This document shows positions 54,001-64,000 of a stretch of 64,000 nt of DNA, one piece after another. Made by a program: the position numbers and the translations under genes. The first letter of the stretch is position 1. The number at the start of each line of letters is the position of its first letter. The stretch spans positions 310,001-374,000 of the forward strand of contig JAKMXF010000122.1 of assembly GCA_024704765.1 (NCBI GenBank), written 5' to 3'. The notes under the pieces were generated by a model. It did no database searches. It was given only the letters and a program-made list of their open reading frames with translations, and was not told the DNA's origin. This DNA is from Oopsacas minuta. Its lineage: Eukaryota; Animalia; Porifera.

Positions 54001-55297
54001 TTCTTGAAATAGTGTCTATATATATAGAATGTACCTCTGCAACCACTGGAAGTATGCACAAAATGGAGAAAACGAATCAATACACATGTTATGGTGAGAT
54101 TGAGTGTAAATATCTTGAGAAAGTTGAAATAGTATGATTACACTACATATTTGTGGATCGAGCAATGGAAATATGTGCGTGAAGATAGAAAGGATGAATT
54201 CAACTGTTGAGGTGAAATTCATAGTCAATATGTGGAGAGAATTGAGATAGTATGATCAAACTACATGTAGGGGATCAAGCAATAGAAATATGTGCATGAT
54301 GATGAGCGAGAATCAATACACATGTTCAAGGTAAATTCAGTGAAAATATGAGTTTACCCTTGAGATATTATGAGTATACTACATCTACGGATATCGGTAG
54401 TGGAAACATCTGGAAGATGATGGAACAGAATCAATACAACTATTAGAGGTGAGATGAAGTGAGATTTTGTGGAGAATTGTGAGATAGTATCATTTCACTA
54501 CATTTTTGAGGATCAAGCAATGGAAATATGTACAAAATGGTGGAAAAGAGTCAATACACCGGTTAGAGGTTAGATAAGTGGATATTTTTTCAGAATGTGA
54601 CATACTGTGTATGAACAAAATGTAGGTTTACAACTACTGCAAATAAGTACAAAATGAACTAAAAGAATGCCTACACCAGCTAGAGATGATACAATTGTAA
54701 ATCTGACGATAACAGAGATATTATTATTATGCTAAATGTACGCTGAACAAGCCATAGAAATATGTGCATAATCATGCCAGAGAATCAATACACAGAGTAG
54801 AGGTGAGCTTAAGTTTAGAAATGTGGTGAAAGTTAAGATATTATGAGTACCCTACATTTACGAAGTTCGACCAATGAAAATATTTGGAAGATGATAGAAG
54901 AGAATCAATACAACTGTTAGAGGTGAAATTCAGTATATATATGTGTGGACAAGGTTGATATAGTGCGTCTACTCTACATGTAAGTCTGCTGCAACTGTAA
55001 TTATGTACAAAATGAGGAAAATGAATGGATGCACTCCTAGAAGTGATATTCAGTGGAAATAGGTGAGAATGTTGGAATATTATGAGTACACTATACCTAC
55101 GTGGCACAACCCATGGATATTGTACAAAATGATGGAAGAGAATCAATACACAAGGTAGAAGTGAAATTCAATGTATATGTATGTAGAATTTTGAAATAGT
55201 ATGAATCTACTACTTGTACACGGATCAATGAATGGAAAAATGTTGATAATGATGGAAGAGAATCAATACACCTGTTAGAGCTTAGATGAAGCATATA
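54001..55297 (-). repeat. Degenerate ~119-bp satellite (dimer of the ~59-bp monomer), segment 1
   Basis: GAATCAATAC at 54074, 54310, 54428, 54782, 54902, 55140 and 55260, with steps of 118-120 or multiples. Reverse-complement similarity to 26690-28030. Confidence 0.88.
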
Positions 55298-57715
55298 TGT
55301 TGCAGTCAATGTATATAATCGGTCAATTTATAAATAGACTGAAATTTCCAGTAAATTTGTGAATTGACTGATTCACTCAGGCTATTTACTAATTAACTAG
55401 AATTTTGGGCCATTTTCAAATTGACTGAATCATTGGTTGGTAATTTGACAGATTGACTGAAGCGTATTGCGAATTTAATTAATTGATATCAATGTGCATT
55501 AAAAGCATGTGATTACAGCATACTGACTTAAAAATTCATATATCGTTGTCATTCAGTTCTTGTTGGGGCAGGTCATAGTCGCGTGACACTTGTTATTACA
55601 TTTAAGTCCAGCCTTGAAACATTTACATTAGATTGATTTGCATTGTTTGCCATTTTCTAGACAGTTGCACTTGGCAAACTCTTGTCCACCACACTTAGAC
55701 CCTTGTTGAACAGCTTGTCGCAGGGCTATTTCTTTATCCGTGGTGAAATCGTTTACACTGTACAGCGGATGGGGACACAAATCAAATTGATTTTGACTGT
55801 AAGATCCTTTCAGGGTTCCTGCACGGATTACTATACGGTACATGTCATTTTCATTTCTTTTCAGAATTACACCCATGATGTTTCGAGGATCACCTCCACC
55901 GCGATCCACAAAGGGATTGGAATAATTACATTATCTCCAGGGTTGCCAGCAACCTGCTCTAGACGACTACGTTTCAACATGCGTTCGGCCTGAGTTATCT
56001 GTCCTTCAGCTGCTCTCTTGTGATTGAGTTGAATATTGTCGTGCCTTATTTGGATATCGGTTACCTGAGACGAAGGAGCAGATAAAGATGATGAAGAAGT
56101 AGCTTCTGAGGCATCAGGTGACTTATCTTCTTATGTAGGAAGATTTGGAGAAACTGTGGTCAGGTTATCTGAAGAGACTTGAGAGGGGTCAGACCGTCTT
56201 CGGACACAAGGCATACTAGGATTTCACTAGGAAGGGATACTGAACGTAGTCTACCTTGTGCATCACGCCCAAACAGGGCCTTGAATAGGGATTGTTTAAT
56301 TCCAGAATGGTAACCACTGTTCTTCTGAAACTGCACAAAACGAAGCCTAGTTGGCAAATCTATGGAATCGTTGTCACCTAACCAGGCAGTTAGTATGTCT
56401 TTGACGTCACAATTAAGTCTCTCAACTCGCCCATCCCTTTCGGGATGGCGAGGTTTACCATGGATCATAACTAGATCAGGCGACATAACCTTCAGTTCAG
56501 TGATAACTGATGCTGTAAATTCACTGCAGTTGTCACTCAGAGAATTTGAGGGGCGCCTAGCAACAAGAAAATGTGAACCAGTTCCCACGCGAGTTCAGCA
56601 GCACATTTGGAAGTCAAAGGGCGTAATACACAGTACTTTGTTAAGTGGTCTTGATAAACCATGATCCAGCGATATGAAACTTCGCCCATAGACTACATGT
56701 CAATGAAATCAACCTGAGCACGAGGACAAAAGTCTTTGGACAAAATTGACTTCACAACAACACCCTTAGTGGTGGCACGCTTACGTTTCTGTGGATATTG
56801 AACACAGAGAGATTTGTAGAACTCAATGGATCGCGAAGGACGTTTGCATATTTGTTCACAGCTTTAGTCATCTTGTCTCGACCGCCATCCCCGCATGCAA
56901 TATGGGCGCGTTTAATGATGTCGAATATATCGTCCATGTGAGTAAAGTGAACACGTTATTGGGAGCCTTCACTTTGCTTTGAATTAACTTCTCAACATAA
57001 CCACACTGAAGAACTTCCTACCTGTAAAATATATAAATTATGTCTCTTAATCGATTCCAGCAACAAGTACACAACCGTAGTGCGCAATATTAATGCTACA
57101 TTTTCCGTGTACAGCAAAGGAAAACCAAACCATCGTACGTACGTAGGCTCTAGAAAATTAGAGAACTAATTATGGTATTGTATGGAATATTTATTTGACC
57201 TGAATCCAAGTAATGTAGCCAAGACCCAAGTTTTGCTAATTATTTGTTCACATACCTGCCAATGATATAGTATTGACTGTTGGACTTCTTTGTGGTGTCA
57301 GATGCAACTTTGACATCTTCAAGCAACAAAAAATACTCATATTGGTCATCAATAATGATTTGGTATCAAGGCATTCCCATTCCAATATCTCCTCACAAGA
57401 AGGTTCCATAGTGTCTGACATCGTTTAGAGTTATGAGGGTGTTCATATTACCTTGCTTTTTTATACTCCAGAATATTTCATATCGATAGATGCTTGCCTT
57501 TGATATGTTATTATTGAGGATACGCTACTTTGAGTCAGGATTCTCTTCTACATTTTCAATTTTTAAGTTAAGTTGACGTATATGTTTTGCAGAAACAATA
57601 ATTGCAAGATTTCCCATATTCACTAAATTATTGATTTGACAGTCAATCTGTCAAAAACGCCGACCAATGATTCAGTGAATTTGTAAATTGGCTGAATTTA
57701 TACATAACTATAACA
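55298..57715 (-). mobile_element. Ginger-type DNA transposon with decayed KRBA2/SCAND3-like integrase (2418 bp)
   Basis: TGTTG...AACA ends, TATA TSD and CAGTCAATTT-unit TIRs. Motifs DIIKRAHIACG.GGRDKM, RAQVDFIDM, SDN.SEFTASVI, HGKPRHP...VERLNCDVK and a Cys-rich tail. Confidence 0.88.
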
Positions 57716-57978
57716 TATATATGTTCAAAATGTTGAAATAGTACGTATACACAAAATGTAGGCCTCCAACCATTGAAATTTTGTACAAAATGAAAAAGAA
57801 TGAATGAATACACATGTCAGCGATGAAATTCCATGAAAATATGTTAGAAAGTTGAAGTAGTGTGTATACACAAATTATGGATCTGCAAACACTGGAATTA
57901 TGTATGAAATGAAGTAAACGAATCAAAACACCAGTCAGAGCTGAAATTCAGTGTATATATGTGGAAATAGTTGATATA
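57716..57978 (-). repeat. ~119-bp satellite, segment 2
   Basis: GAATGAATACAC...GAAATTCAGTGTATATATGTGGAAATAGTTGATA, continuous with segment 3 once the Tc1 is removed. Confidence 0.8.
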
Positions 57979-58803
57979 CAGTTTGTCCCATAATTATTGA
58001 GACTAACACCATTTTAATGCAACCTTGACCACTTTTCTTAATACATTGTTGCCGTTAAGTTTTATTCTATTGAACAATAGTATTGACTCTATTAATAGAT
58101 TTGAGCATGTTTATATTTCAATTTTGTCTGTATTTTTAGTTTTCAAGTATTTTTATGATGATGACCTAACAATTATTGCTAATAATTATTAAATTACAGA
58201 TTGTATATTATTATTTCTTAGATAGAACAATTTATCAAGCGGGATAAAATTAGAATACTTTTCCAAGGAGGAAAACACGCAGTAAATCAAATAGCTGCCA
58301 CTCTATGAGTTGGGCAGGCGACTGTATTTCGCGTTGAGAAAACTCTCAAAGAAGTTACAAATTTACATCACAAGAAAGGTGTTGGAAGGCCTGCTATTCT
58401 TAGAAACCTCATCAAGTATAGCATTGCGCAATTTGTTAGGCATGATAAAAGGAAGACTATACGTGGAATTGTCACAAATCTAGAAGAGAAAAGTGCTACT
58501 AAAGTGTCCAAGAGTACAACTGGAAGATGCCTACAGGAAATGAAGTACAGCAAGCCTTGGGCAACACTTGTACCAATGCTAAGTGAGACAAACAAGCTCT
58601 TACGTATTGAGTGGGGCAAGAAAAATGAGAATATTGATTGGTGTCACGCTGTGTTTGCAGATGAAGCTTCTTTCTGGCTCAAACCTGGTCGAGTTAGGCT
58701 ATGGACAAAAAGAAATCAGAAATTCATTAGCCAACAACCAAGCATTCCACTAAATTACACATTTGGGCAGCCTTTTCGAGTATGGGGACCTTCCCTCTGT
58801 GTT

Positions 58804-61800
58804 CACAGAGGCACGAAATGGCTAAAACCTGGAAGTAGGTATTAGGGTACTAGATAACGTATTAAACTATATTATTGACATATGGGGAATCGTACCCAAG
58901 GAATCGATTGACATAACTAGATTTTTTCTAAGTCTTTGGGTGTGAATGTAATGACGTCATTGTCACATTCAAAAATATTTTGATTTTTTTATCGATTTCA
59001 ATCTAGCCGATTTGTGAGCTATAGGTTCAGAAATTGAATGTTTTATGTTTTGAAATTATTAGCACTATTTAATGTACATTGAACTACAAACTACAACGTA
59101 TTTATAATTAGAGAATTCACCAAAATATCTTGACAGCTCTTTAACTCAGATAGATCTGGCTCCGAATCGTTTTTGGTAATATTACGAGATGATGCTAATA
59201 TTGGATCACTTTGACAGATAAGCCTGACGAACACATCTTTAACGTTGTCCTCAAAGCTAAATTTTCTTGAGAGTCTCTCACAGTATCGCCTGTCCAATTT
59301 ATTGCAAGATTCAAGGCCTTCTTCAGACAATTCTATGCAAACCCACCATTATGATCTGCAATTATTTGTGGTGCATTGGCTGGAAGTTTATGTAAAGTAG
59401 GGATTACATGTGCCTATGAAAAATTAGTTAAAATGGATTCGTAAGTATCTCGGTATACATTATCAAGGCCTTCAGTATCCACTTTCCTGTTGCTATTATA
59501 CAATCTCAGGATAGCACTCAAATTATTAAAGATTGTAGTGACAACTTGATGTGTCTCATGAGGAACAACCATCAATACCCAATAGAGAAAATCTTGCAAA
59601 GTATCATCGCTACGTGTGAAGCATCTCCGAACAACATTTCCGGTTGTGGTAGTTCCTTCTTGGATTGATGGTGTATCAATGGATATACTAAGTTTTTCTT
59701 CAATAAGGCTAGTAATAAATTTCTTGGCCCCAAGAATTATTGGCGAAGTTGGTGACCATTTTTGAATAGCACCACACTGTAGATGGCAAATCAATAATAG
59801 GAACCAACTAAATGTTCCCAAATATGCATGTAGAGGAGAAGCTGATATGATATCTTTTTCTGAAATTGGTTTGTGTAGTAAATTGGATCTTTGATTTGTT
59901 GGCAAAGATAAAATTTCTTCCTCATCAACCTCATCAAATACATCACGTGCATCACGGATAGTTCTATTCATGGGAAAGCCATTGTTAACTATGCTAATAT
60001 CGTGTATCAGTTGGAACGTAGCAGTACACATTTGACAATTAGCACCACCAGCACCGCTTAAGATTTTTGCCATCTTTGTATCGAAATGAGCTCTTATGAT
60101 CTTGACCTCTCCATTGCCATTGTGTAAACTCAAACCACTCTCTTCAATAGAAGTTTCGTTATTTATTAATGAGTCCATCGAAAACTTGACACTCTCTTCA
60201 TTTTCTGGAAGGGCTAAGAGGGCAACTGGTCGAGTGCAAATGGCGAATTTGGATGATGAGGTTTCCATAGGATATGATCATTTGCATTTATGATTGCGTT
60301 AACCTTGAAACCAAATAAAATGAAGGTTTTAGTCGAGAGGTCAGGGTTAGATATAACTTGCTGGTAAACTCGATGACACCCAGAGCCATCTAAGCCATCG
60401 GATACTCGAACTTTCAGCGGATAGACAAGGGTATCAGGACTTAAGTTAGATACAATTCGTTCAACTGTATGGGTGAGTAGTCTGTTGTAAGAAATACCTA
60501 CTTCACATGGAAATTCTCTATGAATTATATGCACCTCATCCAGCAAATGAATTTGAGCCCGATGTTTAGCTACACTATTGTAGCCTGGTAACTTGAGATC
60601 TTCAGATAGTAACGTACGCCGAAGTTCTAAATACTTAGTTTTACCGATCTCAAGCGAATTGAAAAGAAAGGCAGATTTATCAAGTGTTAATTATGGATCG
60701 ATAGGAAATACGTTTCCCTTCTTGAGTATCTCTTTACAAACATTGGCGCTATTCATGTCCTGCTCCTCATTGCAACAAAGTAGTAAGAGATAAGTTGCAA
60801 GAGTCTTTGGGGATACATGCTCGTTTTCAGCGACTGATTCGAGGTGAGACTTAAGAGAAGAGAGCCGATTTCTCAATCCTTTGGTCGTTAAGTCAGCGAG
60901 TGATTTCTTTTTTGAAAAATTAAAGTCTTCTTCAAAGTTAATGGTTAATGAAGAAGAGGCACTTAACCTAGGCTTCTTTGGCAGAGGGCAGAAGCACATG
61001 GAATTCCAAGTATCAAGGTCCGAAAATTTATGAAAAGAGCTCTCTCTTTTTGAATATCATTGAACTTCAGACGAAAGAAATTTTGCTGATCTCGATCAAA
61101 ACCATGAGTTGAAATAAATTGGTCTGTGATTAAACGGGCGCTAAGTAATTTATGCTCACAATAAAACTGAAAAGCTTGAAGGGTGTTCATTTTCTAGATA
61201 ATTAATATATTATTTATTAACAATATTGTAAATTCAGGGCAAAAAGTAAGATTATATATATATATGCATGTTTGTTTTATAAGCTTATAAAATAAATTCT
61301 GAAATCTAAGAATTAAGGAACTTTTGAAGAAACTTTTTCACACAGTAGAAGAGTGTTGATTTTTTAATGGAATCTTTGTAAAAATACGTGATGGGAACAT
61401 TTATTTATATTAATTACAAGCTGAATTTTGTAAACACAAACATAAAATGTAAATAACTTTCCGTTTTGATTATATCGCTAAGCAACCATAATATTTATAT
61501 AAATTGTGAAAAGAGAATTTTAAAAAATATTAGATAAATTAAAAGGTTCATGCGATTGAAACTAAATATGCGCGAATTTTCGCGAACCTGGAAATTGTTG
61601 TATTTTATAGAGAATTAAAAATGCTATATTATAAAACTAAGGAGACAACTTGACAGAACGCGACAGACGAAGTTATGAGACTTCGAAGTTGAGTGACGAC
61701 AGAAACATCTAACAGAAAAATTTATCAAAATATTTGAGCTATTAAGGATTTATTATTTGAACTCCGCTTATATAATCACTATGATAAGAGAGTAGTCAAA

Positions 61801-62072
61801 ATGCAATGGAATGAAGTCTTTGGAATGTATTTGTTGCTTAGATACTAGAATTTACTTCATTGATATAAATGAATATCTGTGGTTTTCAAGAATAATTTCT
61901 GAGCAAGAAATTGTAATGCTTATTTACATTCCAGTTGTTCCTAAACTAAATGATGGATCATAACAATTTTAGATATTTCAAGTAATTGGACATTTCTCTT
62001 TCCAATGAACTTTAAATGGTAACTAATAATCGGATTGAAATTTTGACCAATTTCCAGGGGTGTGCCACTGTG
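58804..62072 (-). mobile_element. Transib/RAG1-like transposon #2, 3269 bp
   Basis: Ends CACAGAGGCAC / CACAGTGGCAC (11 bp, 1 mismatch). 5-bp TSD GTGTT at 58799-58803 and 62073-62077. Confidence 0.92.
59091..61190 (-). pseudogene. RAG1-core-like transposase, frameshifted
   Basis: NBD-like KKSLADLTTKGLRNRL, SDGLDGSG, PNSPF, HFDTK, CQMC, PLHAY, TTTGNVVRR, PTLHKLPAN and SEEGLESCNK. Confidence 0.9.
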
Positions 62073-62581
62073 GTGTTTCTTTTGAAGGAATATGGACGCT
62101 ACCTTCTTTGTCAACATATTGGAATGGCATTGATTGAGCAAGCTGAGGTTTTTCATGGTCAGAAGTGGTTTCTCATTCAGGATAATGACCCAAAACATAC
62201 CTCAAGGATCGCCAAAGCTTGAATGGAGAAAAATATGAAGAAAAACCAAAGAAAATGGCCAAGTCAAAGTCCTGATCTCAACCTAATTGAGAAAATATTC
62301 GGTTGGATGAAGCAAAAGGTATATAAGGACAACTTTACTAGCTTGGTCCATTGGAAAAGAGGATCCAAGAAATATATGGGATTTTATCACTCCCGAATTT
62401 TTAGCACCATACTACAAGTCTATGAGTCATAGGTGTAGACTAGTGGTAGAACAGAATGGTTCAAAAATTAATTACTGATTTATTCGTTAGAGATTATCGA
62501 TATAATAGTAGAAATATTCAATGAAAATGTGGATTAAAATATTCTCCTTTTTGTTAGTCTCAATAATTATGGGACAAACTG

Positions 62582-63630
62582 TAGTATGTTACCATTCTAT
62601 ATTGATCTACAAACACTGCAACTATGTACGAATTGAAGAAAGTGAATGAATTCACCTGTTAAAAGTGAAATTCAGTGTAAATGTGTTGAGCAAGTTGAGA
62701 TATTATGAGTACACAATATCTACGTGGGCCACGCAATGGAGATATGTTCACTTGTTAGAGTGAGATTGAGTGTGAATATGTGGAGAAAGTTGAGATTGTA
62801 TGAGTACAATACATCTACGTAGTTTAAACTATTTAAATATTTGTAAGATGGTGGAAGAGAATCAATACACCTGTCAGAGGTAAAATTCAGAGTAAATTTG
62901 TGGAAATAGTTTAGACTTTATGAGTACGCTATATCTTCGTGGGTCAACCAATGGGAATATATTCAACAGTTAGAGGTGAGAATGTGTGTATGTATGTGGA
63001 GAATGTTGAGATAGTGTGTGTATACTAAATGTAGGTCTGCAACCACCGAAAGTAAGTACATTATGAAGAAAACGAATGAATGCAACTTTTAGAGGTGAGA
63101 GGAAGTGTATATGTATGCAGAAAACTTGAGATTGTATACTTGCAGTAGATGTACGTGGATCAAGCAAAGAATATATGTGTATAATGCTGGAAGAGAATCA
63201 ATGCCCACGACAGAGGTGAAATCCAATGCAAACACGTGGAGAAAGTTGAGATAGTATGATTACACCACATGTACGTGAATCAAGAAATGAAAATATGTGG
63301 ATAATTATGGAAGAGCATGAATACACCTGTCAGATGTAAAATTCAGTGGATATATGTGGAAAAGTTGAAATAGTGTGATAATCCAACATGTTGTTTGTGC
63401 CCAACCAATGCAATTATGTACGAAATGAAGAAAGTAAATGAATACAGCTGTAAGATGTTAAATTCAGTGTGAATATGTGGAGAAGTTGAGATATTACGAG
63501 TACACTATGTCTACGTGGGTTCAACCAATGTAAGCATGTCCAACTGTTATTGGGGAGATGGAGTGTAAATATGTGGAGAAAGTGGAGAGAGTATGATTAC
63601 ACTAAATGTCGTGGATCAAGCAATGTAAAT
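62582..63630 (-). repeat. ~119-bp satellite, segment 3
   Basis: Repeated GAAGAGAATCAATACACCTGTCAGAGGT...GTGGAGAAAGTTGAGAT units. Confidence 0.85.
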
Positions 63631-63793
63631 TCAGGGGAACAAATATGTTCAGTCCAATATCTTTGATGAAGTGTAGTTCCTTTTCCAAGAACCAGATTGA
63701 ACAGTTATAGTGTAAGATATGTAACAATGTATACTATTATAGTATTCAATGATAATCTGTACATTCTGAACAAGCTAAAAGATTCTAGACAAA

Positions 63794-64000
63794 ATGGAGA
63801 AGAATAGGCTGTCTATTGGTAATATATATTTGCAAGGGAAAAGCCAAAGCGAGATATTGAAGATTCAAAATTCCCCCAAGTCGCACAGGAAATTGATATA
63901 TCATACTATTACAAGAAATAAGGATAGTGATAGTACCTCAGACAGGCCGAGTAGTGGACGTCCAACATCTGCAACCATTACCCAGGAGAGAAAGGTTGTC
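63794..64000 (+). mobile_element. 5' end of a maT-like Tc1/mariner transposase, runs off the window end
   Basis: The open frame MEKNRLSIGNIYLQGKSQSEILK...DRPSSGRP resembles the N-terminus at 14221 (MEKERSAIVELFQKG). Confidence 0.6.

Larger units (their letters stand above)
57979..62581 (+). mobile_element. Tc1 element (~1329 bp when emptied; DD35E spacing as it stands), host of Transib #2
   Basis: Perfect 30-bp TIR CAGTTTGTCCCATAATTATTGAGACTAACA and TA TSD. Motifs VFADEASF and QDNDPKHT...SPDLNLIE. Confidence 0.92.

Noticed and set aside
46329-62072. A RAG2-like partner gene inside or between the RAG1-like elements
   Set aside because: Non-coding margins inside each element are only 0.3-0.9 kb and AT-rich. 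No kelch- or PHD-like ORF is seen there or between the elements.
421-63167. Many short ORFs in the supplied track (for example 29143-29562, 14680-14916, 16756-17109, 45435-45887, 56362-56664, and ORFs in satellites)
   Set aside because: They are antisense or alternate-frame shadows of transposase remnants, or low-complexity repeat translations.

Overview
AT-rich eukaryotic DNA, most likely from an invertebrate animal (inference from spliceosomal GT-AG introns and the transposon repertoire). It is an almost gene-free zone of decayed and nested DNA transposons. The only recognisable host-gene piece is one intact coding exon of beta-ureidopropionase (UPB1, 7960-8325, minus strand). The most notable features are two full-length Transib/RAG1-like transposons (46329-49709 and 58804-62072). 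Each has a perfect 5-bp TSD and ends that begin with the V(D)J RSS heptamer CACAGTG (one end reads CACAGAG), and each carries a decayed RAG1-core-like transposase and no RAG2-like gene. Both are the innermost member of a nested stack. The window also holds a 1973-bp foldback element with 948-bp arms identical at every spot check (2426-4398) and a spliced MULE transposase host carrying three nested Tc1/mariner elements. It contains eight complete Tc1/mariner elements of six catalytic-spacing types, a pogo, a pair of Ginger-type integrase elements, and Chapaev-like, Helitron and hAT remnants. A ~58-60 bp satellite appears as monomer, dimer (~119 bp) and trimer (174 bp) arrays. One N at 52733 marks an assembly join. 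All calls were made by eye without database searches, and boundaries of decayed remnants are approximate.
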